Shown here: positions 48,441 through 56,321 of the stretch, piece after piece
Position numbering within the stretch: position 1 is the first letter of the stretch
Layout: the number at the start of each line of letters is the position of its first letter
Assembly: GCA_045652135.1 (NCBI GenBank)
Contig: JAZRTS010000163.1
Span: 1 to 56,321, forward strand
Reading direction: 5' to 3'
DNA length: 56,321 bases
From: Eubacteriales bacterium
Lineage (GTDB): Bacteria > Bacillota > Clostridia > Oscillospirales > CAG-272
Made by a program: the position numbers and the translations under genes
The notes under the pieces: generated by a model
Seen by the model: only the letters and a program-made list of their open reading frames with translations
The model's database searches: none
What the model was told of the DNA's origin: nothing

Positions 48441-50837
48441 TTATTTCAGCGTTACAATTGTTACACCTGTTTCTCCCTCACCGTAAACCCCGAGACGGAA
48501 GGATTTAACATAGCGGTTTTTACGCAGGTATTCGTGAATACCCTTGCGCAGGACGCCTGTGCCCTTGCCGTGAATAACAGTGATTTCGCCAAGACCGAGA
48601 CGAAGTGCCTGATCAATGTAGCGGTCAACCTCAAGCACACCCTCCTCCACATTCATACCGCGAAGGTCACAACGGGTCTGTGCCTCAGAGCCGGGTGAAA
48701 ATACACGCTCTGTCCTGTTAGGAACATTGCGGGGCTTGCTGTTATTCTTGTGCTGCTTACCCTTTTCGATAAGTCGGAGATTACTTTCAGGGGTGCGCAT
48801 TTTCATAATGCCTGCCATAACCTCAACATTGCCCTTTCTGTCCTTGAGGGCGGTAACGGTGGCTGTTTTTCCCATGTCGGCAACAAGCACCTCGTCACCG
48901 ATTTTAAGCTCACGGGGAAGCACATAGTTTTCGTCCTCAATGACGGCGGCTACAACGGGGTTAGTGATGTCATCAAAGTTTGCAAAGCCTTTTTTCATCA
49001 TCTGCTTTGCCCTGCGGAGCATTTCAGCCTTGTCGGCGCTCTTGTCGCTCTGCTTTTTAAGCTCCTCAAGCTCCTGAGTAAGTGCCATTGCGGAGCGTTT
49101 TGCCTGCTCAACAATTTTGAGTGCCTGGCTCTGTGCCTTTTCAAGCTCATCCTTGCGCAGCTTTTCAATGCCATCCTTAAGCTTCTGTGCCTCTGCCTTT
49201 TCTCTTTCGGCCTCAGCCTTGAGATTATCGGCTATCTCCTTCTGCTTTTCAAATTCCTGTCGGCTGAGCTCAAGGTTGTGAAGCACATTTTCAAACTGTG
49301 TGCTCTCCTTTGAAACAAGCTCCTTGGCTCTGTCAATCACACCGGACTCCATGCCCAGACGAAGAGAAATAGCAAAAGCATTGGAGCGTCCGGGTGTACC
49401 GATTAAAAGGCGGTAGGTAGGCTTGAGTGACTCAACATCAAACTCACAGCTGCCGTTTTCAATACGCGGAGTCTCAAGGGCATACGCCTTAAGCTCGGCA
49501 TAGTGAGTTGTGGCGGCAATTTTTGCGCCCTTTTCATGAAGCTTTTCAAGTATCGATATAGCAAGTGCCGCACCTTCAATGGGGTCAGTACCTGCACCGA
49601 GCTCGTCAATCAGCACAAGACTTTTTTCATCAGCCTTTTCCATGATGTCAATGATATTGACCATGTGTGAGGAGAAGGTGGAAAGGCTCTGCTCAATGCT
49701 CTGCTCGTCACCGATATCGGCAAGAATGCTGTCGAAAACGGAGATTTCACTCTGATCTCTGACAGGAAGCATAAGACCGCACATCGCCATCAGAGAAAGA
49801 AGTCCCACGGTTTTTATTGAAACGGTTTTACCGCCCGTGTTGGGACCTGTGATAACAAGGGTATCAAAATCCTTACCCAGAGAAATATCCGTGGCAACAA
49901 CCTTTTTAGGGTCAATCAGAGGGTGACGTGCACTTTTTAAATTGATGATGCCCTTATCGTTGACAATGGGCATGGTGGCTTTCATTTCATAGGCAAGCTT
50001 TGCCTTAGCAAAAATAAGGTTAAGCTCAACGGCACATTCATATGAGTGCTTGATTCCCTGATAGAATGAGCCTGCTTCTACGGAAAGCTCAAAAAGAATA
50101 CGCTCGATTTCTTCCCTTTCCTTACCCTGAAGCACCTTGATTTCGTTATTTGCTTCAACTACAGCGGCAGGCTCAATGAAAACCGTTGCGCCGCTTGATG
50201 ATGTATCGTGAACAAGACCGTTGATGTCACCTCTGTGCTCAATTTTTACAGGCACAACATATCTGCCGTTACGCATGGTGACAATGTTTTCACGCAGAAA
50301 CTTCTGAAAATGAGGTGAACGGGTCATTTTATCAAGGCTGTCCCTTACCTTTGAGGAGGCAACGCGTATTTTTCTTCTTATATCATAAAGAGCAGAAGAA
50401 GCGTTATCACTCATTTCATCCTCGCTGATAATTGCTGAAGTGATTTTATCTTCGAGATATTTATTAGGTGAAAGTGTGTAAAAATATGTATCAATTGAGG
50501 TTGTGATTCCGCTGTTACGGCTTTTCCATTCATTGAGTGAACGGATTACGCGAAGCACCTCCGCAATGTCAAGAAGCTCTCTCATATTAAGCACGCTTCC
50601 CGCATTTGCACGGGACAGGGAGTTATTGACATTTTTAAGTCCGCCAAAGGAGGGCGCACCGAATTTTGCCATAAGCATATATGCGTCATCGGTCTGCTGT
50701 AAAAGCACCCTTGCAAGGTCAATATTATGCTCGGGCTCAAGCTGTTGAGCCATTTCCCTTGCATCGGCACAGCCTGTAAAATCGGCAAGGCGTGCAAGTA
50801 TTTTGTCAAGCTCAAGAGCTTTGTAATGTTTGTTCAT
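48441..50837 (-). CDS. mutS2: Endonuclease MutS2 (MutS domain V plus C-terminal Smr)
   Basis: 798 aa with Walker A GPNTGGKT, a long coiled coil and a C-terminal Smr domain (DLRGM...IHGKGTGVLR). Confidence 0.9.
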   Translation of the reverse strand: MNKHYKALELDKILARLADFTGCADAREMAQQLEPEHNIDLARVLLQQTDDAYMLMAKFGAPSFGGLKNVNNSLSRANAGSVLNMRELLDIAEVLRVIRSLNEWKSRNSGITTSIDTYFYTLSPNKYLEDKITSAIISEDEMSDNASSALYDIRRKIRVASSKVRDSLDKMTRSPHFQKFLRENIVTMRNGRYVVPVKIEHRGDINGLVHDTSSSGATVFIEPAAVVEANNEIKVLQGKEREEIERILFELSVEAGSFYQGIKHSYECAVELNLIFAKAKLAYEMKATMPIVNDKGIINLKSARHPLIDPKKVVATDISLGKDFDTLVITGPNTGGKTVSIKTVGLLSLMAMCGLMLPVRDQSEISVFDSILADIGDEQSIEQSLSTFSSHMVNIIDIMEKADEKSLVLIDELGAGTDPIEGAALAISILEKLHEKGAKIAATTHYAELKAYALETPRIENGSCEFDVESLKPTYRLLIGTPGRSNAFAISLRLGMESGVIDRAKELVSKESTQFENVLHNLELSRQEFEKQKEIADNLKAEAEREKAEAQKLKDGIEKLRKDELEKAQSQALKIVEQAKRSAMALTQELEELKKQSDKSADKAEMLRRAKQMMKKGFANFDDITNPVVAAVIEDENYVLPRELKIGDEVLVADMGKTATVTALKDRKGNVEVMAGIMKMRTPESNLRLIEKGKQHKNNSKPRNVPNRTERVFSPGSEAQTRCDLRGMNVEEGVLEVDRYIDQALRLGLGEITVIHGKGTGVLRKGIHEYLRKNRYVKSFRLGVYGEGETGVTIVTLK

Positions 50838-50981
50838 GGTTTCACCTCTTTTAAATGAATTTTCATTAGTCAGTAGTCATTGCTGCGACTGACGGCGCAA
50901 TAGAAATACAGAAGACAGAATGAAGCTTAAAATTCTTCGCGATGCTCAGGATTACACGGTGAATAACGTAAAATGAAAAGC

Positions 50982-50997
50982 GGTTTTTGACAAAACC
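50982..50997 (-). terminator. Short terminator hairpin after recO
   Basis: On the minus strand GGTTTT-gtca-AAAACC followed by GCTTTTCATTTT. Confidence 0.5.
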
Positions 50998-51001
50998 TTC
51001 A

Positions 51002-51748
51002 TCAGAACTCTGTCATCTTTTTATAAAAATCGAGTGTCTTGTATCGCTTACCTGTAACGGAAAGCAGATATTTTTCCGCGGCGGCGGAAAGCTCAAGCAT
51101 TCCCTCTGCAGGCAGGCTGAAGCTGAAAATCTTTCCTGCGTCGCTTAAGCAGATGTGCCTTATAGCTCTGAGTGTGCCGCAGGAGATTTCCCTGACCTTT
51201 TGCGCAGGACGGCACTTACTGCAGAAAATTTCACCCGAAAAGACATCAAAAAACATCCTTTCATCCTCAAAGGCACCGCACTTGCTGCAGCCTACAATCT
51301 GTGGCATATAGCCCGAAAGAGTGAGCATTCTCAATTCCGCAACCGCCTTGATAAGATTCCTGTCCTTTTCACCCACGCAAAGCAGATGAAGGCTGTTGAG
51401 AAGCAAGGAAAGAAACTCCCCTGCCTCTTCTTCTCTAGGCGCAAGCTCACTTGTCAGCTCTGCAAGATACTGGGCAAGGGAAAGAGTCACGATGTCGTTT
51501 CTCAAGGAGAAAAAGACATTTTTAGGCGTTGCTTCCTTTATATAGCAAGTGCCTTTTTTAGTTTTTTCAAGGGAAAAATCGGAATAGCAAAGCAAATCCG
51601 TGGAGGAAACATTTTTATTTTTGGGGCTTCGCCCTCCGTTGACAAAGGCATTTATAACCCCCGACTCCTTTGTCAGCAGAGTTATCAGCTTGTCCTGCAT
51701 GGCGGCATTTTTTTCACGAATTACTATACCGTCCGTTCTGATTGTCAT
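51002..51748 (-). CDS. recO: DNA repair protein RecO
   Basis: 248 aa with an N-terminal OB fold (TDGIVIRE) and a CxxC...CxxC zinc motif (CSKCGA...CSKC). GGAGAGG RBS. Confidence 0.85.
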   Translation of the reverse strand: MTIRTDGIVIREKNAAMQDKLITLLTKESGVINAFVNGGRSPKNKNVSSTDLLCYSDFSLEKTKKGTCYIKEATPKNVFFSLRNDIVTLSLAQYLAELTSELAPREEEAGEFLSLLLNSLHLLCVGEKDRNLIKAVAELRMLTLSGYMPQIVGCSKCGAFEDERMFFDVFSGEIFCSKCRPAQKVREISCGTLRAIRHICLSDAGKIFSFSLPAEGMLELSAAAEKYLLSVTGKRYKTLDFYKKMTEF

Positions 51749-51911
51749 ATTTGTAATCCTCTCCGTTGGGACAATCGGGATGGATTTCCTGCGCGATTTC
51801 GTAATCGGTCAGCTCATAGTCCTCGACATTTCTTTCTGCCTTGCGGTATCTGAGATAGTCGGAAACCTTTCCCGTGCGGATGAATTTATCCCATAAAGCT
51901 TTTTTGTTCAT
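51714..51911 (-). CDS. yqzL: YqzL-family small protein
   Basis: 65 aa with a WDKFIRTGKVSDYLRY N-terminus. It sits in the conserved era-yqzL-recO position. GAGGTGA RBS. Confidence 0.65.
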   Translation of the reverse strand: MNKKALWDKFIRTGKVSDYLRYRKAERNVEDYELTDYEIAQEIHPDCPNGEDYKYDNQNGRYSNS

Positions 51912-52053
51912 AGTCTGTCACCTCAACTGCAAATTGAAAAGATTGCTTCTTTTCACATCTTTATCTTTTGCAGAAAAGGCAGTAAGTAAACAGCTGAAAA
52001 TCAATTCTGTGTTACTGACAAAAATCAGCACCTGTTTTTGTGCAGAATTTTTT

Positions 52054-52941
52054 TTAATCAAGTCCGAAATTGTGAATAAGTCCCTCGCGGTTACGCCAGT
52101 CCTCCTTAACCTTTACCCAGCATTGGAGGTTGACCTGGCAGGCAAAAAACTTTTCCATATCCTGACGGGCGTAGGTAGAAATACGCTTGAGGGTAGCACC
52201 CTTTTTACCGATGATAATGCCCTTGTGGCTTTCCTTTTCACAGTAGATGATTGCCTCGATGTCCATGAGGTCGCGGTCGCTTCTCTCGCGCATTTTTTCA
52301 ATGGAAACCGCAACACCGTGAGGTATCTCCTTATCAAGAAGGCGGAGCATTTTTTCACGGATAATTTCAGAAGCAAGGACTCTTTCGGGCTGGTCGGTGA
52401 GAGTGTCCTCAGGGAAAAAATGCTCTGAGGGGAAGGCAAGCTTTTCCATTTCATCGACGAGAATATCAATGCCGTCATTTTTTACCGCAGAAACGGGCAC
52501 AACACATTCAAAGCCGTGTAAGGCTGAAAGCTCTGCGATTCTGCTGATGATGAGAGCCTTATCGTTAAGGGTGTCAATTTTATTTATAGCAAGAATTGCG
52601 GGAATGTTGCTTCTTTTGATTTTATTGAGCAGCTCAAGCTCACTTTCGGTAAGCTCACCTGCAGGCTCAACCACAAAAAGACAGGCATCAACGCCGGAAA
52701 TACTGTCACCGACTGCCTTAATCATTTTTTCACCGAGCTTTGTCCTGGGCTTGTGGAAGCCGGGAGTGTCAGTGAAAACAAGCTGAGTTTCACCCCTTGT
52801 GAGCACACCCATAATTCTTGTTCGGGTGGTCTGGGGCTTATCAGAAACAATGGCAATTTTCTGTCCGAGAACCTTGTTGAGTATTGATGATTTTCCTACA
52901 TTGGGCTTGCCGACGATGGCAATAAAAGCAGTTTTTGTCAT
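52054..52941 (-). CDS. era: GTPase Era
   Basis: GKPNVGKSS G1, DTPG G3 and NKID G4 motifs plus a C-terminal KH domain. Confidence 0.9.
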   Translation of the reverse strand: MTKTAFIAIVGKPNVGKSSILNKVLGQKIAIVSDKPQTTRTRIMGVLTRGETQLVFTDTPGFHKPRTKLGEKMIKAVGDSISGVDACLFVVEPAGELTESELELLNKIKRSNIPAILAINKIDTLNDKALIISRIAELSALHGFECVVPVSAVKNDGIDILVDEMEKLAFPSEHFFPEDTLTDQPERVLASEIIREKMLRLLDKEIPHGVAVSIEKMRERSDRDLMDIEAIIYCEKESHKGIIIGKKGATLKRISTYARQDMEKFFACQVNLQCWVKVKEDWRNREGLIHNFGLD

Positions 52942-52952
52942 TTTGTTCTCCT

Positions 52953-54164
52953 TTAGTAAGCACCTGTTTTATCAAAAAGAATAAAGCTTGTGCTGTTCTT
53001 TTTCACCGTTCTCATGTATTTGCGGGAATATTCGCTGAAATCTATTACAGGGACGAAGGTCTTTTCCTCATAATTCTTTCCGATTGAAGAGAAAAGCTCA
53101 AGCATCTGCACAAAATCGGTTTTCTTGTCAAGCTGATAATCCTCGGGACGGATAAGGGTGTCTGCCGCAATTCCGTCAAAGGAGGCGCTGCTGATGCTGC
53201 CAGAAAAAAGCTTTTTGTTGCCGTTGAGAGCATCGGTTGCACTCTGGGCGATAATCAGGAACTTATCCTCGTCAAGAGATTTCTTCACATCGGAAATAAA
53301 GGTGCGAAGAGCATCATTTTTGTTTTTGAAGCCTTTCACTCCCGGGTAGGTTGCACCGTCGGTGTTTCCGCTGTCGGGGAAGTGACACTTTTCAAGAATA
53401 AAGCCGTCAATATTGAACCCCTGAAGCTCTTTTATAATATCGATAAGATAAGCCTGTGCTGCCTTTGAGCAGGGATTGAGCCAGGTTTTTCCGTCATCAC
53501 CCATTGCAGCGTCAATCCAGTTAACATCAGTGTTCATGTATTTGACCGCAAGGGCGGGGCTGTTTGCGGGAATTGTGTTGTCAAGGAAGCAGTAAATTCT
53601 TGCCGCAACCGCCATGTTTTCCTTTTTGAAAATACTCATTGCCTCACGGACGGTGTTGTTATCAAAAACAGCACACCTTGCATTGATTGCATGGGTGTTA
53701 AGTGAGCTGTAACAAAGCTTACCGCTTTCTGTTTTAAAGTCAATGACAACGCCGTTGCAATCCTTTTTTTCAGCCTTGCGGATAAAGGACCTGATGTAAG
53801 CGGTGTCGCCGAGTCGGTCATAGGGCATGTAAAGAGCTCGGAAGCCTTCACTCTTGAGAATCGACTCAGCCTCCTGCTGAAGCTGACCGACAGACTGTGA
53901 GCCGTCATTTTCAGCGGGGGTTTTATAAGAAATGTCAAGCAGAAGCCTTACGGAAAAGAAGGAGAAAAGAACAAGCATGAGTGAAGCAAGAACATATACG
54001 CTCTTTTTTGTGTGCTCTGACTTGAAGCGAAGATGAATACGCCTTTTAAGAGGAATGTTACCCGCAGGGTACTCCTTTGAAAAGGTGTAGTAGCTGTTTC
54101 TTACTCTGGGATTGCTTGTTTTGTAAGGGCTTCTTGCTTTTGCGAAGAATTTTTTCTTGTTCAT
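52953..54164 (-). CDS. Membrane-anchored putative glycoside hydrolase (GHL/DUF4015-like TIM barrel)
   Basis: An N-terminal TM anchor is followed by a barrel-like domain with NGVVIDFK and DGFILEKCHFP blocks. Confidence 0.5.
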   Translation of the reverse strand: MNKKKFFAKARSPYKTSNPRVRNSYYTFSKEYPAGNIPLKRRIHLRFKSEHTKKSVYVLASLMLVLFSFFSVRLLLDISYKTPAENDGSQSVGQLQQEAESILKSEGFRALYMPYDRLGDTAYIRSFIRKAEKKDCNGVVIDFKTESGKLCYSSLNTHAINARCAVFDNNTVREAMSIFKKENMAVAARIYCFLDNTIPANSPALAVKYMNTDVNWIDAAMGDDGKTWLNPCSKAAQAYLIDIIKELQGFNIDGFILEKCHFPDSGNTDGATYPGVKGFKNKNDALRTFISDVKKSLDEDKFLIIAQSATDALNGNKKLFSGSISSASFDGIAADTLIRPEDYQLDKKTDFVQMLELFSSIGKNYEEKTFVPVIDFSEYSRKYMRTVKKNSTSFILFDKTGAY

Positions 54165-54207
54165 CGTAAGCGTGCCTTTCTTAAAAAGTTAACGTTAAGA
54201 AGGTAAA

Positions 54208-54870
54208 TCAAAAGTATTTTGCTGCCTTTGCACGAAGCTCTGTTATTGTCTTTTCAGGGTCAGCGCTGCCGAAGATTGCAGAGCCTGCAACAAGGACATT
54301 TGCGCCTGCCTTTGCGGCAGTTTCAACGGTGTCAAGGGAAATTCCGCCGTCAACCTGAATATCCATTTCAATGCCTCTTGAAGCGCACTCCTTACGAAGG
54401 GCAACGATTTTATCCATCATGTCTCCCATGAAGGACTGTCCGCCGAAGCCGGGCTCAACTGTCATAACAAGAACCATACCAAGCTTTTCAAGGTAGGGAT
54501 AAACTGTCTCAATGGGAGTGCCGGGCTTTACGGCAAGGGCTGCAATTTTGCCGTTTTCACGGATGAGGTCAATTGTTTCCCCGACGGGTGAATCACTTTC
54601 AACGTGGAAGCAGATAAGGTCTGCACCTGCGCTGATGAAATCGGGAATATACTTTTTGGGGTCACTTATCATGAGGTGACAGTCAAAAACAAGGTCGGAG
54701 CATTTGCGAAGGCACTTGACAAGGGGCGCACCGAGAGTTATATTGGGCACAAAGTGGCCGTCCATAACATCAATGTGAAGCCAGTCAGCTCCGCATTTTT
54801 TCATATTTTCAAACTCCTCGCCCATTTTTGAATAGTCACAGGAAAGAATTGACGGTGAAATTTTAATCAT
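54208..54870 (-). CDS. rpe: Ribulose-phosphate 3-epimerase
   Basis: ISPSILSCD, HIDVMDGHFVPN and MTVEPGFGGQ blocks. Confidence 0.9.
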   Translation of the reverse strand: MIKISPSILSCDYSKMGEEFENMKKCGADWLHIDVMDGHFVPNITLGAPLVKCLRKCSDLVFDCHLMISDPKKYIPDFISAGADLICFHVESDSPVGETIDLIRENGKIAALAVKPGTPIETVYPYLEKLGMVLVMTVEPGFGGQSFMGDMMDKIVALRKECASRGIEMDIQVDGGISLDTVETAAKAGANVLVAGSAIFGSADPEKTITELRAKAAKYF

Positions 54871-55106
54871 GATTATTACCTCTCTTATTCTATAAATATC
54901 AGATGATATAATTTTTCATTTTATTATACCAATTAGCGGCTCAAAAATCAATACAATCACCCATTAAACCTGTCGCGAAAACAAAAATTACCTTTTTGTT
55001 TAACATATATTTACAAAAAGGAATCTCTATTGTATTATAATAGTAATGGCTTTAATTTTGTTGCCGCCGCGGCAACACATATATGAGAGAAAAGGAAGTA
55101 AAAAAC

Positions 55107-56048
55107 ATGAGTTTAAAGTATTACATGCAAAGAGCACTTGCTGCACCCGAAGAGGGTGACAGAATTGAATACTTCAATCTGAAGGCAAGAGTTTCGGGCA
55201 ATGTTCTTGTAAACGCTCAAAGAACAATCCCCACCCCCACCTATGTTTACGAGGCAGATATCACAAAATTCTACGAGGAATTCAAAAAGCTCAAGGCAGA
55301 AAGTGATTATCAGCTTTCCTTCAACACGCTTATGATGAAGCTGTTGGCTGAAGGTCTCAAGGTTGCTCCCAGACTCAACGCTCACCTTGAGTACAACCAT
55401 ACCGCCTCCTGCGGAAGACTCATCATCAAAAAGCATATTGACGTTGCTATGCCCATTTTTATGGATGACGGTGCAACCTTCCCTGTAAAGGTACGCGGAA
55501 TTGAGGACAAGAGCCTGAGAGAAATCTCTGACCAGATTGCCGACATTATGGAAAAGCTTAAAAAAACTGATGTAGACCAGGTTCTCTTTGACCTTATTCA
55601 GCAGAGAATGGTAGGCTTCGTATTGAAGGGCAAAGTAGTTTCCACTATTGCACAGATTGCATCGGGATTTGTAGGAAAATACAGCGTTACAAGTGTCGCC
55701 GACCTTTTCAAGAAAAAGAACAGAAACCCTGAAGGACTCGGCATGTACGACCTTAACGAAGGTACCGTCTGCTTTACAAACACAGGTACACTCTGCCCCG
55801 AGCTTACAGGTCATATCTCCTACGGCCCCCTGCTTTATCCTCAGGTTTTCCTCTTCGGTATCAGCAGCATCAAGGATGTTGACTACCCCGTCAGAAACGA
55901 AAAGGGCGAGGTTGATATTGCCACAAAGAAAATGCTCCCCATGACCTTTGCCTTCGACCACAGAATCGGCGGCTTCGGTGACGTTATCCCCCTGATTAAA
56001 AAATTCGAGGAGGTTTTCGCAGACCCCTCAGTTATCCGCAACTGGTAA
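55107..56048 (+). CDS. Stand-alone 2-oxoacid dehydrogenase E2-type acyltransferase catalytic domain
   Basis: About 313 aa. C-terminal FAFDHRIGGFGD corresponds to the E2/CAT-fold DHRxxDG catalytic block. No lipoyl or subunit-binding domain is present. The ATG at 55107 lies after AAAGGAAG, with 55083 as an alternative start. Confidence 0.7.
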   Translation: MSLKYYMQRALAAPEEGDRIEYFNLKARVSGNVLVNAQRTIPTPTYVYEADITKFYEEFKKLKAESDYQLSFNTLMMKLLAEGLKVAPRLNAHLEYNHTASCGRLIIKKHIDVAMPIFMDDGATFPVKVRGIEDKSLREISDQIADIMEKLKKTDVDQVLFDLIQQRMVGFVLKGKVVSTIAQIASGFVGKYSVTSVADLFKKKNRNPEGLGMYDLNEGTVCFTNTGTLCPELTGHISYGPLLYPQVFLFGISSIKDVDYPVRNEKGEVDIATKKMLPMTFAFDHRIGGFGDVIPLIKKFEEVFADPSVIRNW

Positions 56049-56071
56049 AAACGATTTTAAATTCAGAACAC

Positions 56072-56105
56072 AAAGAGGACAGGTTCAACGCTTGCCCTCT
56101 TTTTT
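56072..56105 (+). terminator. Intrinsic terminator after the E2-like gene
   Basis: aaagagg...ccctcttt stem followed by a T run. Confidence 0.65.
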
Positions 56106-56321
56106 ATTTTGCCGCACCCCTGCCCTTTTCTTCGCCCCGAAGCTGTACATCAGTACCGCGAGAGGGCAAAAAAAGATCTGAACAAAGCCGAAAGAGGACA
56201 GACTCGATGTCCGTCCTCTGTTCATTTTCATTAAAGCACAAGCTTTCCCGATATGTTGTTTACAGTACAACCTTGCATGGAAGTTAACAGAATGACGAGA
56301 AATGTGCAAGAAGGCCTTTTC

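Noticed and set aside
55113-55961. 282-aa minus-strand ORF antisense to the E2-like acyltransferase gene.
   Set aside because: It is a shadow ORF. The plus-strand frame carries the DHR catalytic block, an RBS, a promoter and a terminator, whereas the minus-strand frame has none of these.
56085-56309. 74-aa minus-strand ORF at the right edge.
   Set aside because: It has no RBS, overlaps two terminator-like hairpins (56072-56105 and about 56192-56222), and encodes a basic low-complexity product. The region is more likely non-coding.
1-56321. Search for mobile-element or defence hallmarks (transposase, integrase, recombinase, restriction-modification, abortive infection, toxin domains).
   Set aside because: None of the six-frame ORFs shows the corresponding motifs. 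RecD2, MutS2, RadC and the DEDDh exonuclease appear in ordinary housekeeping contexts rather than as parts of recognisable defence operons.

Overview
This is a 56.3-kb chromosomal window from a low-to-moderate-GC, spore-forming Firmicute of class Clostridia (spoIIID, spoVAD and spoVAEB are present); finer taxonomy cannot be established from this sequence alone. Most of the window is housekeeping. It encodes a Na+-translocating oxaloacetate-decarboxylase-type operon, radC, pncB, nnr, lgt, def, lysS-greA, an mreB-like gene, recD2, a deoC-deoD-deoB-cdd nucleoside operon, dusB, mutS2, era-yqzL-recO and rpe. It also carries a TIGR03960/TIGR03936 radical-SAM pair, one complete tRNA-Ser(GGA), and the 3' end of a second tRNA at the left edge. 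No transposase, integrase, CRISPR array, cas gene or recognisable named defence system is visible.

Four things stand out:
- **Hairpin arrays.** Three intergenic arrays of about 150-175 bp (69-221, 1211-1386, 6291-6465) have a 6-7-nt motif punctuating short, variable, self-complementary spacers. The motif switches to its reverse complement halfway through each array. Each array sits between a terminator and a consensus promoter, and two of them follow tRNA genes.
- **Accessory island (about 25.1-29.4 kb).** Small co-oriented genes (SMI1/KNR4, GNAT, flavodoxin-like and Gfo/Idh/MocA oxidoreductases, small membrane proteins) each carry the same GATAAATAAGAATTT leader module. Two of these genes are bracketed by about 21-bp inverted copies of that module, supplied by a duplicated ~90-bp element.
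- **Repeat protein (33677-33991).** A small cytosolic protein built from near-perfect 21-aa YD-like repeats lies next to an orphan long hairpin with a T-tract.
- **Smaller oddities.** These include spoIIID fused to a spoVA operon that lacks spoVAC, an orphan E2-type acyltransferase catalytic domain, and a GH13 glucosidase with an ~88-aa N-terminal extension.

All functional calls rest on reading the translated ORFs and the DNA by eye. No database search was run.
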